Shown here: positions 39,097-55,319 of the stretch, piece after piece
Layout: every line of letters begins with the position of its first letter
Numbering within the stretch: the stretch's first letter is position 1
NCBI GenBank assembly: GCA_034780895.1
Contig: JAUZTB010000062.1
Location: 25,919,715 to 25,983,714 of the forward strand
Length of the DNA stretch: 64,000 bases
From: Rhynchobatus australiae
Taxonomy: Eukaryota
Direction of reading: 5' to 3'
Program-made: the position numbers and the translations under genes
The notes under the pieces: generated by a model
Database searches by the model: none
Told to the model about the DNA's origin: nothing
The model's input: only the letters and a program-made list of their open reading frames with translations

Positions 39097-42000
39097 TAAA
39101 CCTGCTTGGCCTTATAATCCATTGGAGTAGAGCATTTGGCAATTGAGCAACTAAGATAAAATGAGGTTTAGTTACTTTGTTCTTCAAACTACAGGATATT
39201 AGCCTGACCTTTGCCAGAATGCTGCCAGTGCTGTTCATTACAATATCTGAAAGGTGAGGCTGTGTGGTATATTGGTCAAGGGCTGGCAGACCGGGAGGAC
39301 ATCTAGGTCAAAGAAATCAATCATTTTTTAAAAAGTACTTAGCGTTGGATGTATACAAAAGGCTGAGCAAGATAAACAAAAAGAGACAGATATAATCATT
39401 TTTCTGACCCAAAAAGATCCTTCATCTTATCTTTTGACTGTGAGCTATCATATAAACTTTGCATGTCAATGGAAAACCATGCCAATATGCATGTATGATT
39501 CAGTTGTGATTTCAGCACAATGTAGATTTTTCAGTGCTCTGACTTGTATGAATCAATGATCAAGTATCCACACTCTCAGTTTACAAGCAGCATGCCAACA
39601 GTTACAATTTTGTCTCAGTTCAAATTGTTAATATGAATACAGTACATTATCCTGATAGAAAAATAAGATTAAAAAGGCGAAATAAATGGGTGATGATTTA
39701 AGTCACAAACTAAAACAGATAGCCGATATAAAACTTCCAATTGCCTTTATCCCTGTAATTCCCTTGACAACTAAAGCATAAATCAAATAGCATTATGCTC
39801 GAAAAACTTACTGTAACACTACCTTTTCCAAAGAACAATTTCAACAGTTTATTTGTAAAAATTACAAATAGTTTAACAGTCATGTTTTTGTGTCAAAATT
39901 AGTTTAGAATGGAGCCATCAATCTTACCAAAAAAAATAAAGTGGAAGGGTCAAATAACCATAAAAAACTAGTTTCTAGATGGTTCATAGGAATGTAAATT
40001 ACCATGTTATTTTTTGTGTCACAGAAGAACAATATTATGAGGTAATTTTCACCTTACAATATGAAAGCACAAGAACCACTGAAATCTTAAACTGAGAAAA
40101 TGTAACACATGCAACAACTATTTCAGGATGAAGGGAGATCACAATGATACATGAAATGTTATCATTTTTGTTCATTGCATTGCATCTGTGATGTTTACAA
40201 AGTGAACATGAAGGCAAATGCAATATCTTTGGGAATCCATAAGCCAGCATTAAGTGTAATTCTGGATAATAGATTTCGTGATACTGTACAAACTCCAAAT
40301 ATTTGGCAACTTTATAGTGACTCATCAGGGGATAATCAGGAAAATTGCATTAAACAAATTAACAATAACAGCACTAAACACCTATTAGGTCACTCATGTA
40401 CAGATAGTGTGTAACCTCATGTCTTCAGTTACACAAATATTGTTCTGGTATTAACACAAGCTTGTAGAGTGCCACACTAGTTTCTTTCCTATCAACAAAG
40501 TGGTTGTCAATGGTAATTTTGTTGATTGACAATCACTTTATCATCTGTTAAGATCGATCTTGAAGGTTTTGAGAGACTCCCTGTTACTTGTTATACCTAC
40601 TGGTTCACCTCTCTTCCTTTAGAATATAAATATATTAATACATTGATTGTCAACTATATGCACAAAAGTTTTTGAGTAAAATTCAAATCATGACTGGTGT
40701 AGTTGACTGATTTCTTAAGTTTAATCTAATCCATAAGGCAAATATTACCATTGCTCTGTCCAGGTAGTTGAGTGAAAGGTATCTTATACATGGACTACTG
40801 CAAAGGTACATGCAATATATATTATCAGTTAGAATGAGAATGATAAAATTATTCAATAATGCAAGTAGCTATGAACACTCCACTTGTAAGCTATTAAGTG
40901 TATTGCAAATTCAGCATAAAGCAAATTAACAGGGAAATAATTATTAAGTCCAGTCTCTATCAGTGCATTTACATAAGGGTATTCAAAATCCTTAAGAGAT
41001 TCTGTATTGATTCATGTGAAATACTGCAGCTGTCTGAAGCAAATTTGCCCGATTTCAGATAAAATGCAAGTTTTGCATACTTTCCAAAATACCACTGAAA
41101 GTGCAGGCAGTTGTGATGTCCTTCTGTCATATTAATGTAATGGAATGGTGGAAAATCTTTCTGAATAATATGCTAAGTTGTCTGAGTGAAAGAACATGGT
41201 ACAGCTTTTAATATTAACATTCCCTCTGATATATAGCAAATCCACCGCAATTAATGATTCTGTCTCATTAAAACCATTTTACATTCTTGAACTGTTTGTC
41301 CTTCTCTTATCTATGATTTTAAAACTGGTTCATGTCCTGTCGGATACTCTCCTCCTCAGCAGAACATTGTTTCAGGCAGACTAATTAATAACTTCAAAAC
41401 CTCATTTCTTGTAAAGCAAACACCAGGCTCACCCTGGTACAGATACTTTATATACAACTAATTACCCCAGATATATCTTGGCTTTTTGTTATAATTAGTG
41501 AGTAATCTCAGAGGCTATACAATCACTCAAATGTTCAGATATAAATTGAAACTGAATGTCAACTTTGTTCAAAATGCTGTACATCCCATGATGGACCTCA
41601 TGAGATTGCTCCATGGCATCAGTGGATGTTTTCCTATAACTTGCATTATCTGAGGATAATGACTGGATTTAATATTTAAAAATATGGTCAATAAAAATTC
41701 ACATCAATGGAAAACTACAGTGGGATAAACAGATCAATATTTGTTGTGCAAAAGAACTTGTGCGTCAAAGGCATTGTGTCAACAAACTAACAAAAAACTG
41801 TCATCAAACATGCAGGTAGTTCTTCATGGAAAGGTCTTCTATTCACTTATGTTGCTTTTCATTTACAAGTTTTTTTTTATTAATGTGCTGTCTATAATTT
41901 CCTTGACAAAAGTTACACAGAGATCTTACTCTACCACAAGTGATGGTCCCTAAATACAAATAATTTATTACATATATAATTGCACCGTGTGTTTCAGCAA

Positions 42001-45000
42001 TACACTAGATCTGCCACAATGGGAACAATACAAATAGAAGATTGTGCTTCTTTACTGTCCTATTTCATGAGAGATCTTTTCTAATGCTTCTGTTAACTTA
42101 AATTGAAAGAAACTGCTTGAGGCATAAATAATATGCCATTATTTTAAAAGTATATAGTCAAATGTAATTATATCTACAAATCCTTGTTGAAACCTCAGTA
42201 TGTAAGGGTATTAGATTCCACAAAATGTGTTTCCATGCCTGCAAAGTTGGCACACAGCTCTGACAAAAAAGAGAAATCGAAATGTAACTAAGCTAATCTT
42301 TCTAGTTACTTAAAGTGCTGATGAATCACATCACTGTCCTATCACACTACTAAAATACAAGGAAATTAATATTCCAACAGAAGACACCAATACTTTCAGG
42401 CTTCTAAGGATTTGAACACAAATCCTTATTTGCTTCAATCAGCACAAAACTGAACCAGCAAAGTTAAATTTTGAATCAAACACTCTGACCCTTTCTTTTT
42501 TAATGAGGTTAATTTTATTCTACACAAAGGAACTAATTGAAACTTGAAAAAATGTTACTTTTCTTTTTCTCAAAGTAATGAACAAGTTGTTCATCCCAAG
42601 GAGAAAAGGAGTCTTACTGATGAAATGTCCTTTTTCGAGCAATTGCTTGTATGTTGTACATATATCGTCATTGAAAGACTTGGTCCATACACATACATCT
42701 ATTATTGGCAGGGCGTAAATCCCTCAGGGGTGGACTCGTATGTGGCTCATCAGCAATAAGAATGGCATTAATTTGCATGTAACCCTACAAGCGCGAATAT
42801 TTACCCACTGGATTCCAATCCGGTGATGGCAGCTGATCCTACTAATTAAACATGCCTGCACGACCCTCGACTCCCCCGCCCCACCACCACACCCTCTTCA
42901 TGCTTCCTGTGCTCCATAGGCTAAGTGACAGCCCCAGCTATGCCTTACCAATGACGGCCCTACCACCCTCCTCCCTGCATTCACTCCTCTCAAATTCTCC
43001 TGAGAAAACTGTCGCACCAAGTGAGCCGAGTTCGTGGAGGGTAACTTCCACGGGGACTTCTGAAGTGTTATTAAAAGTGCTATACAGACAATCTCGACCT
43101 GCCACCTAGAATGATGTTTGGGTACCAAATAAAAATATTAGCTCAAGCTAACGCCTTTCCAAAACAAGGCCTCTCTATGTTTGTATTGATTCAACAATCT
43201 TACATCCCTTTGAGAGGGGCTGTTGACGGCAAAGTACTCCTCCTTTCAAACGTGAATGTGAGCAAGGGTTAAATGTTTTACCGAGGGTATCACTGACTGC
43301 AACCGTTTGTTTCCTCCTGGGTTTGGGCCAGGCGAAGTTTCTGGGTACGGACAGTGATCCAAATTTATTTGAAGTTGTTCAACTTTTCTAAAACTCACTC
43401 GCGAGGAGGCACTTTCATGTCACTGAATGTTTCAACAAATGGGATATTTCAGGATGGTCCGGACCATTTCCCCTCTCGCAGCTGAGGAGATGGCGAGGGG
43501 AAGGCGGGCACGGATTCTCGTCCGGGGCTAGTTTGGAAATGAAGGGAAACGCCACGGCGATTAAACGACCTCATCGATTTGCAGATCTCTTTACTCTATA
43601 GTAGGAACCCATTCAGCCCATTGAGTATATGGCAACTCTCGGCTATCCCATTTCCCACGCAACATATTCTCCCATATCGGACATTTCAATATGAGTAAAG
43701 ATCTTGTGCTAATTCAGTGATTTGGATTGTTGTGGGGCAAAGTTGTTCAAATCCTCAGAATGCTGGAAGCATTGGTGGACTATTCATTTCGTCGTATTTT
43801 AACAGGGTGACGGGACAGAGGTACGATTTACGTGCACTTTAAGTGACTAGAAAGGTTTGTGTAGTTACATTTCAAGAGCTCTACAGGTGACGCCGGAAAA
43901 ACTCGATCCTCCGGGGACGGAGTCAAGTTTAGTTTTTCCTCGCGAGTTCTTATCTGCTGAGGAGCCCAACACTTGTTGATTGTGAAAGAACAACCCTTCA
44001 GAAGCTGCGGCGGCCTGATGGTGGCAGCACCCGCACGGAATGAAGCGGCCATCTGTCCGGACAACTCACAGGACACCGCCAGGGAGCTGCCTCGCCACCC
44101 GCCGTCTGAACGCAGGCTATTTTTACTACTGGAGAGGGACGAGGCTTAAACCCGCAACCTTCCCCCCCTCCCTACCCCCACAAACCTTCAAAAACACAAA
44201 TGTAAATTGCAAACTTACAACCAATTGCGAATTTCAATGAGAATGTTCTGATTTTAGAAATGTCAACGAAATTCATTTGTCTCCGTTCCTATAAAGTCCC
44301 TATCCAATTAATATCTAGGGTAAAATGTCGATGATCTACTCTAAATGGCAACTGAACGTTATCAGAGCAACGGGAGACAATATTCGTCTATTTCAAAAGA
44401 CTAATATTAATGAGCATCGAGGACCCTTGAATAAACACTAAGTCTGCTGAACTGCAGTTTGTTGCTCTTCAGGTCAAAGGGCCGTCAGATTCGTGATCAA
44501 GATCCAATTTAAGAAGAAACAATGCTATTCCAAATCGACATATTTAACCACGTTTCCCCACTGATTCGGCAAGTTGCTATTCGTCGCTGTTGATAAATGA
44601 GACCGGGGCTAAACCATCACATAATGCTGATTAGCAGCCCCCAGACCCCGTTTTCATTAGCTGGCGTTTACTGTTGGGCCGGATTACAATTATCTTCCAT
44701 CTAAACATAAAGCAGCCGACCATTCCCTGGCAGATGGACTCTTGTTTATTTCTTTTGCCACCTCCGTCTCGAGTCTTGGAGAGGAGGGGGTTGTGGTGAG
44801 GGAAGTTGGGGTGGGTGGAAACAACTGTTCCATGCTGTGACAGTAAACAGAAACAAACTCTTAAAAACTCGACCTGAAGTTCCAAACACCCCGTCAGTCC
44901 ATATGGTGACTGGTGCCGAACCTTTTTTTAAAGTTATCTTCCTCATCTGGGGGCGAATACCTGACCCAACAGTGAAAGGAAAAAAAAAGAACAGGATCTG

Positions 45001-47605
45001 CATATAATCGTGGTTTGGGCTGTATTGAGCTGTAATTAAACCAAATATGAAAGTCGTCTGAAAATTAATCGGAATATTTGTATACTTTCATTGGGTAAAA
45101 TAAGAAGTAATTAGATTTTGAAGTAAAATTTATTGCCAGATCAGTCGAAAATCATTCGAATTTTTTGAGCTTCTTAGCAGGACCTCGATCCTTTCCGCTA
45201 TGAGAAAGGAGAACCTGAAATGGGAAAAATCTTTCTTCAACTTCTAAACTTGTCCAACTTATTAAAATTCCGTTTAAAGTGACCGCCAGCTCCCCTTGGT
45301 GAATCTGGGAGTTTTCCATGCAGTGGTATGGCTGGTCATTAAGAGGACCCCAACATGTGAGGCACTTCACCAGGACTCTCTCACAGCAGACAGTTTTAGA
45401 CAAAAGTTGCTGATAAGCCGGGAGAAGGATACAAACATTTGGGCATTTGTTTTCTTTTCCTTTTGTTGTTGTTGTTTAATGTTGATTTACATTCCACTCA
45501 ATCCAAGTCAACAAACGAACTCGCCACGACGCAGTCCGAGACAAGCGCGGAGATCAACAACAGAAAGCGGGGTTTCCGCCACGTAAATATTCGGCGGGGA
45601 AATTCTGCGCATTGACTTAGCTTCCCTCTTCCACTGCTCACAATCCAGAAGGAATGGGAATCTATTCCCAGACAACATACCCCACAGTTTCCATGATCCT
45701 AACACTTTTAATCGCAAATATGGAAATTCCTTAAAAAATCTTATGCCACTCCAATATAACTACCAAAAAAAGACACGCATAAGTCACTATTTAAAGATGG
45801 TAATGCATTGAAAATATTGCAATGATTTGGAAAGAAAAGGTATGGTTGGAATCGCCATCCGAACAAATTTCCACCTTCCACTTGCCTGTCGTAATACCAC
45901 TTGCAGCTGGGGTTGGAATTTTATGGGTTCAGGTTATTTTTTCCCACTTTAAGGAACAATAAGTATTTACGTCCATGGTTACGTTTTCCCTGACAATGTT
46001 TAAAACCTTTGTCTTTCGGCCAATTAAACAAATAATCCATAAATCTCAATATTAACAAAACAAATCGTATTTTAACGACTTCTAAATTATACAATTCATT
46101 ATAACTTTCTGGTAGGATGCACTTCATGGGAGAACAATGATTGCGAACAATGATTATGAAATGCTTGACATACTTAGTGCACTATTCTCAAAAGCGGGGG
46201 ACATTAAAACAAGAAACTTTCTCCAACTATGTCTTTCAAGCGCAGTGGTGTTCCATCATATACAAAACTTTACATCAAAGCCTTCCCCCCGAGGCTAGCT
46301 GGATGTTCGGAGACAGAGAACAATTGGATGTATTTGTGTGTGTAAAAAAAGATCAGAATAAGACCCCCATCACATTCGGGAGAACGCGTCAGCTCTGATG
46401 TGACACCTTGTTTCTTATTTCAATTGAAACAAATCTTTCAGAATGAATGAACAATAAATGGAGTGAAGCGTTTCACCATCGAGTCGAATTAAATCAACAC
46501 TCTCCAAAATTTTGAAAACGACTACGAGGCAGACGTTGTGATTTTATTTTTAAATTGTGCGGACTCTCTCTCTCTCTCACTCGCTGTCTTTGTTGAGATG
46601 ACTCACGCATGCAAGAGAAAGTGGAACTCTTCACAATCGGTTATCTCGCATCGCCTTCACCAGCAGCCCCCACCATGAACACGTGTAAAAAAAAATCTAC
46701 AAAACACGAATGTTCCAAAAAAGGAAAGGAACTTTGTTTTGAAAGGATTTGTACAATCTTACATTTATAACATTCGGCCAGGCGACACAGTCGCGAGGTT
46801 TAAAGACGCGGTAAAGCGGATTAAAGCAACAATCTTCAGAGAAGATAAGGCAATTTCCAGTAATTGTTGTCAATCATCAGATCAGATCACTAGAATTCAT
46901 TAGTGGAACCACCTCTAAAACCTTGTGTTTGAGCATTGTAATTTGAACAGATGGGGGCAAAACTAGCTCCACCGGTTAGATTCTTAACTCTAGTTGAGTC
47001 TCACTTTCTACCAAAGCTGGGTTCTGAAAAATATCTCAGGACGGGACACGAATGGGTGCGTTTTAAATGGGCAAATTAGACGGGAGATCAGACTTATCAG
47101 ATGAGGCGAAGCGGCCGGTTGTCATTATGTGTCGGAACATGTGTTTAAAATCAGAGAGCGGCCACAAGTTATACAAACATTCTGATCTCCCAGTAACTGG
47201 CGGGGGACGGAACATCTCGGAGAGCAAATTGGTTATGGGAAGATTTTTTACCCTCTGTCCTTGGAGGGATGGAAATGTAGGCTCTCTTCCAGAATGTATT
47301 CACAGGAACTTTCAGCTGGCAGAGAGAACAGCAGGTTTCACCAGAAAGAGGGAAATCTCTTGTTTCCCTGCATCCCGATTTATTCCCAGAGCTTGTGTTA
47401 CTGAGACGTTTCCTGACTTGATGGATCTAAGCTAAAAGGCTGCTGGGTTTCACCTTTTGAACTGACACAATATCCCCTGTTCCTGGGCCACTATGGAGCT
47501 CTATAAAAATAAAAGCACACTGCCCTCAGCTCCCTACAGTTTTAACCTAATGAGTCTTGCACCATAATTTATTTTAATGATCTTTCTNNNNNNNNNNNNC
47601 CCACT

Positions 47606-47626
47606 ACACACACACACACACACACT
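47606..47626 (+). repeat. (CA)n microsatellite
   Basis: acacacacacacacacacac next to a short gap. Confidence 0.85.
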
Positions 47627-48790
47627 TAAGTATCACTCAGTTCATAGTAAGAGGAGAGCGATTTTAGAGAGCAATGGAAAATATCGGTTGAATCACCGTC
47701 CGAAGTTCACAATACAACAATTGTTCTTAGAGAAACTCTTTCATTATATGAGATAGCATGGATGATCATGTACTTAGTCATGTTTATTGAACTGCAGTCA
47801 ATTCCACCCTAAGATCGCATTTGCCAAAACACTCCCCTTGATTGCAATAAACAGTTTAACGTATAAATTAAATATTTCTCCAACACAGCCTGGTTGAAAT
47901 TCCCTCTTCTCGTGTGACAATATCCATATTAATTTTATAATTTCGCCTCTTGGTTGCCAAGCGATAAATAGCAATTAAAACTGGTTGGCGAACTGCAAAA
48001 GTTTTTTTTAAACAACTGCATATCGTTCAAACTTCTGAAAATGGACAAGAGCATGCTTTATTTTCGACATACGCACAGACAAATACAGACTGCATTATAC
48101 AAGACAAATGTTACCCTGACGCTTTTCCAACCAGCAAACACAAACTTCTCTTAAGAGAGAGGAGATGTAAAACTGACATGCATCATAAATCGCCTGTAGG
48201 AGTTTGTGAACATTAAAATCCAGGTTTATTACAACCAGAAGTAGAGTGCGTTAAAACGTGCAGTCACTGCCCAACACAAAGTAGAATCTGGCATTAGAAT
48301 CTGGCATTAAAACCTGCCTGGCTCAGATGTTTGAATATGTTTTACTCGGGCTGGGTTTTATAACTCTCTGCCCGATAGTATCACCAGAGGGAGAAAAATG
48401 GAGTTCGGTTTTCCAAAGAAGATGCAGATTGTTGGAACTGTGTAACAAACGCGTCGTGTGTTGGTGGCTGCCTTCATGTGTCAATCACAGCTACCAACAT
48501 CCGCAGAAGTGTTTCAGTTTGAATTAACACGTTCACAACGGATTCAACCCGCTTTTACCCCCCGAGTTTAACCGAGTGTTGCCTCCCACCCTTGTAGCCT
48601 TCACTGCCAGTGCCCACATCACGGGCGTTGGTGGCACCGCCAACGCCCGCCGGTCTCTCAGGACAATCGGCTGGCAAGAGGCTTTCAGCTGTCCNNNNNN
48701 NNNNNNNNNNNNNNNNNNNNNNNNNNNNNNNNNNNNNNNNNNNNNNNNNNNNNNNNNNNNNNNNNNAACTATCCCCGCGACTATCACTTA

Positions 48791-49366
<576 letters not shown>

Positions 49367-49679
49367 CTACAGAAAGTGCAATGGAATGGACAAATAAACT
49401 CCCATCATCTACGAGAGCAGCGTGTGAGCACTGGATACAACCGGCGTCATCAAACTGTTGACTCTGGCCACATAGTTGGAAGAGCAACCGCTGGGTAATG
49501 AGATAATCGTCCGTCCCCTCGTACCCTCCGCTCCCTTCGAGCTGATTCTCCCTCTAATTCCCAAGCTCAATATTACTCGCCGTACCCTTGATGGCGTGAC
49601 ATCGGGTGATTGACACCGCCGGCAGCCAGACATGAGCGGCGTTACGCGCTCATTAGCCGGCAACGGCGCAGGCCTGCCT

Positions 49680-49831
49680 CCAATCAGAGGAGGCTGAGGC
49701 TCGCCCCGCCCACAGCCCGCCCCTCGGCGGCCAGTGCGCTTTTCCATTGGTTCGCAGGCCATTAGTCGGTATCAAAGGTAAGCGGGAGGGTTGAGTCCAC
49801 CTGGAGCTGAAGCCCCGTCCAACTTTGGCGG
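49680..49831 (-). promoter_or_regulatory. Proximal promoter motifs: two CCAAT boxes, a GC box and an E2F-like site
   Basis: CCAAT 49680-49684, GCCCCGCCC 49703-49711, ATTGG 49746-49750 and TTTGGCGG 49824-49831, 350-500 bp upstream of the ATG. Confidence 0.55.
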
Positions 49832-52800
49832 CGCTTTATTTGCAACCCTCCCTTGCCATCGCGCCACCCATCTATCACTCGATACATTACAGGACCATTA
49901 AAAAGTATTCGGTGGCCCGACTTGATAAGTGCTGGCAAAGTCCTACCCCAAAACCACCAAGCGTCCCCGAGTGAAACATTCCCAGTCTTTTCACAAATGC
50001 ACGCTGATGTGCCAGAACGCTGCATTAAACACACCACAAGCCCAGACTGCTCCAACCACTGACGGAAATGAGTGAATCAGACCTGAAAGATCGTTTTACC
50101 CCGAGACAGGCTCTTAACTTTGTGCAGTTCGACCGTAAAATTCCTCGCGGTGGTTCTCATCAGTTCCAAGAACAGACGTACCTCGGTAATTGATATTGAT
50201 AGCGACATGGAGAGGCTGGTGCAGTTGGAACACTATAAATAGATTGGGTAATCAGCCTGATTCAGATAAATGGAACGAGTTATCAAAGTATTCACTTCTC
50301 TGCTAATTCGTGGACTGGATCAGAATGACCAAAATCTAGAGAACCAACCGATGCTGGGTTTAGGTGGACAATCTCAAAAGTTACTGAGACGTGAACAAGG
50401 AGGACAATGCCAATTGAACTCTTAGAGATATGAACAATGGTATCGATATTAACTTCCCTTTCATCATCAGTTGAAAGCTCCCTTTGTTCAGTTATCCACA
50501 ATTATGAAATGTTCAACACTAAAATGTCATATACAATGCCTGAAATCCGTTATCATGTTTGAGCTGTGGAGCTCCGCTGTGGATGAACTTGGGAGGCAAA
50601 AATTCACAGCAATCAATAATTTTAAAAATCTGTATTTACACATACAGTGGTAAATATGAAATAGTTCAAATATTATTTTGTAGCAATTAAAATATCAGAT
50701 GGATATGTATTACCAAGCTTCGTAACCCCCCTCCAATTTCTTTATGTGGTTAAATTTGCCACCGTTATGAAAGATATGATCCTGTTATACAACAATCTTT
50801 TCAATTGCCATTAACATTTCGATTGTTTTATATTGTCCAATGCAATATTTGGTCGGTTAAGAATAACTATCCGAAAGCCTGACATGGCAATTTCAATAAA
50901 AAGTTGAACATTTTCCTGGACTGACTGGTTTGCAATTAAAGTAAGTGTGGGTCTCCGGTCACTTAACCCCCAAGGTAAGGGTGAATTGAGTCACGAATGT
51001 TTTTGCAAAGGGTGATCTTTATTAAGACGTCTGTTCATCAAGAGTGGCCGGCCGTGTGTGTGTTCCCTCGGTGTTTCAGAGGGAGCTCGCCTCGCACAGC
51101 TTTATTTTAAACAACTTTACACAACTTTGAACACAAAACCCACATCAACACTCAACCTGCAAAGCCAGGGATTTAGTTTTAGTACCAGATCCCGATCTCT
51201 TTGATTCTATAAAGTAAAAGATTGATTTTCTTTTTGGAATTAATCAGCATTTAAAAATAACATTACAGCTTCAAAATTGCAAAGATATAAATTCCCATTT
51301 TAAGTGGCAATTAACAATAACACGAATTCCTTTTAAAATTAACGCAGCCTCACTTTAGAAAACCTAACATCTGAGCGTCTTTTTTGTTGTTGAAGTCGAC
51401 CCTTTTCTCAGAACAAGATCAGCAGTAGTCTATGCTTTCTTGAAGTTAAGATTCAGAGTAATTGTTAGAAACCGATCTTTCCACTGTTTATACGTTAAGG
51501 CGAGGGACGGGGGGAATATGTTACAGAATAGTTTTACAGTAAATTTGCAACATTCATTGGTCTACAGTGAATAATGAGAAAGTATCCGCCACCAGGCCAC
51601 GGATGATAAATGAGTAAAGTTCTTGTGTCACTCAGGATGCCTGCTTGTGAGGTAAAATATTCATCGGACTTATATCGGTTTTGTATATCGACCCCATTCT
51701 TTTAATAGGCGTGCATTGAAATCTACATCGAAATGGAAGTAGACAGTCTTCGTTTTGTCTTTTCTGGTCAACTCATTTCCTTTTATAATGATTTTAATTG
51801 TATCGCATTAATCAGTTTACGGATGGCCCCCGCGCTGTAAATCAGCCGTGGTTACACGGAGATCACCGGTCGGTTCATTTTCAATTCATGAATCTGACAT
51901 GAAATTGACGCGTGGGTACGAAAACGATACTGATGATTTAATATCCGTGACTAATAATTTTTCCAGATTGGAGACACAATTCTCGGCAAATACAAGTTTG
52001 TTGAACAAATAATCAGGAAAGACTTGGGGACAGTTTCCTCGGCTCGAACGACTGTCGGGACCCAGCCGTTCTTCATCGCTTGTGCAGGTGTCCGAAAATC
52101 TTTAATTTCGCTCCCCCCCGCCCCCCACCCCCCGAGTGGGGGTGTGGAGAAGACGGAACGCCTCATTCAGTTGGAAAGACCGAATCTTTCCTATAAATGG
52201 AGTGTATGGAAAGTTTGCTGAAATGTTCGCCAAGTGGGCTGAGAGATAATTAATAATATAGAAGATTGATTGAATATTCCTCATCATTGTAATCAACGAC
52301 TGAATTAACCCAACCTACGTGCAACTGATATTTGTGGCTGCATGGAAATAAAAAAAGACATAAATTTTACTCTGATTCTCCGGGGGTGTGAAAGATTTGT
52401 GACTCACCGCGTTGAATTTGCCATGATGTACAATCTCACCAAGCACTACTGAGGGGCTCGGGTCTCTGACCACCCTTGTTATTATGAACTCTCTGCATCT
52501 CAAACCACAGAGACAAGTTTAAAACTCATCGGAAAACTGTCAACTTAGAGTTATGCTTTTCAATGCGTTAGGGATTCCTGTCACGCAGTCTGCCCGTCTT
52601 TTGGGATAAACGTTAATTGTTTACCACATTCTCTAACTTAACCATTTCGTGTTTATATTAAAACTGCGGCGTAATAACGTGTTACAATTGCATGACTGCC
52701 TTCGCGAGTAGGTGTTTGTGTACGTGTGTGTTATCCTTGTAATTCTATGTACACTTGGTAGGATATAAAACGAATAGATTCGATTTATTCCCTCGCGGGT

Positions 52801-55319
52801 GTTCAAAGGAGTGTTACATTAATGTACTTTCACCATACACATTACATTAGGAGGTCACAGCAACTTCTGTGAACTCTATATTTATTCTTATAATTAAGTT
52901 GACCAGACATGCGATAGTATTAAATCACACCCACGGCCAATTTACATTATCTGGAGCTGGAAATCAGTCTGACAAAATAACGCATCGAACCTAAATTGGT
53001 ACAATAAAATGATTTTTTTACGTCAATTGATACTTTGGAATATTTGGGCAAGGAATGAAGGCAATAAGTGAATGGATCTGTAATGTAAAAGCTTCCAAAC
53101 TCTGTGCGATATATTAACCGGCAGGCATATGCGGTTCTGCTGTAAAAAATGCATGAAGTATGAACTATCGTATTGCCGGTATCGATAATGAAGTATAATA
53201 AAATCTGAACTGTTTCCCTCTTTAAACATGGGCGGTCATTTGTTTTAAATGGTGGACCCTATTGAGATAAATAAAAGAGCAAACGTTTCCTGACAGATGA
53301 GCAATGAGGCATTCAGAGATCAGTTAATTACCATCAGAGTCAGGAAATAAGTGTTACATCTCGGAGTTAACAACGACAAGTACAAATCGCTGTAGTATGA
53401 ACGCAGTGACTCCGTGCAGACATTTTCCATGTAAGAGGTGGGCAGGCAATAGCTTGCTGTTAAAAGTTATCATGTGAAAACGCACGTGACAAAGGCCAAT
53501 AAAGTTAATATAAAATAGGTTATTGAAATGCATAAGCTTCACGTTCAATGTGGAGGACGGAACAATGGTGGAATAGAGAAAAAAATACAAGCTATGAATT
53601 TAATGTCAGGAAGGACAGATCTCCCGCATCACTGGCATAGCGACGTGGGCTTTACATCACAAAATGTTGATTGTTTGGAAAATAGTAAGGATGGAGAGTT
53701 GGCTTTGATTCTCCAAATATTCTGTCGCACTGTAGATACTTTAAAACCAAAACAAGAAATTTCAGCACTTAGAGGGTTAAGCACAATGTCTGGGGCTGGC
53801 GTGAAGAGTGTTTGTAATCTTCCCGGGATGTGGTCAGGAACCATTACAAATACTTACTCCATTTCTAAAATTCCCCAAGCACTCGTCTGTCTTTTTCTGC
53901 AGCTCTGGACAGATTCATTATTCCTTACAAACTCGACATCTATTCTAACCCTGAAATATGAAGTGCCGGTGAATGGTCGAGGTAATATTTAATATCCTGC
54001 GAGGCAGCCTTCCCTTTTTCCTGACAAATGAACTACAACCCAACCAAATGGTTCACATCTGTTTGGGCGCTTCTTCTGTGTTTGCAAATTAGCATTAAAA
54101 TATGGGTAAACAATAAAAGAAGCCGTTTCTAGATCACAGGACACAGACAATGATTACTGGACTAAGAACCGTGCCAAAAGCATCTGACATGGTTAGACCA
54201 GATGTTTTTACATCTACTATTGCTTCCTTCCTCTNNNNNNNNNNNNNNNNNNNNNNNNNNNNNNNNNNNNNNNNNNNNNNNNNNNNNNNNNNNNNNNNNN
54301 NNNNNNNNNNNNNNNNNNNNNNNNNNNNNNNNNNCTTCCTCTTAAAAAAAATCCACACAAGTGTCTGATTTTAACCATTTTAAAGAAATGCGACCAAAAA
54401 GCTACGCAGTTCAGTCTGTCACCCATTCCCATCATTCATCTTTCTCACCCCTTTCCAGTTTGTATATATGTACACGCTTATTTAAACATGATACGGTGTT
54501 GGATCTTTAGTCCAGCTTTGTCTTTGGACCCTCTATTATGTGGTGGAAGTTTTCCCACAGAGCAGAGTGAATCTAACAACCCGAACACACATTTCACAAG
54601 TCAGGTTGGCTACGGCGGATCATATCTTTGCTGGCTGACTAATAGATGTTTGTATTGTCTTCGTGCCAATGAACTAAATTAAATGGAATTCAGCTGAAAA
54701 TTGATAAAATGATAACCATTATCTCAAGAAATGTTATGCTTGGGCCAGGAATCCTACAAATTGCTAATAAGAGCAGCACATCTGCACATCTATGTGTTGT
54801 GGACCATTCAACAATTTGATATTAACACAAAGCATATAATATCCACAGTTTTATCCAACTAATTCATTTCTTAAATGCACTGCCTTCACTGTGGTTCGTC
54901 AACTGTTCAGGCTGACCATTAAAATGGACTATCTGGGAACATTTCAGGTTTGGATAAAGGAACCCTCTTTACACTGTCTGTCTAATCCTTTCCCGTTTTA
55001 TTTTTAAATCAAGGATCTACCTGAAGCGGAATTTTCTTCAAGCTCACTATGAATCTGGTCAGTGGTACCGATACTGTGATTATTCCATTTCTTCCATAGC
55101 CGAACACACTTAAAACAAGAGGGAGGCGTTTTAATGGACAGTCTAAACCAGAAAACAACATCTGCACGGACTCCAAACTTCATCTCATAACAGGAGTGCA
55201 AAGGGACCACTCTGTCAACATTAGGTACGAGGTTCGCACTGATAGCCACTCTTCAAAAGCAAAATAACACAGAATCAGATAAAAATAAACTGCTGGTAAT
55301 ATCAAGGGAGCAAAATAAC

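Noticed and set aside
48282-48310. Two tandem copies of tagaatctggcat
   Set aside because: A simple 13-bp slippage duplication, not an array.
49409-50062. 117-aa, 97-aa and 69-aa ORFs over the promoter
   Set aside because: GC-rich promoter sequence with no homology signal; only the distal part is considered, as a uORF.
53528-53992. 154-aa plus-strand ORF
   Set aside because: No recognisable motif or supporting exon structure; compatible with chance.
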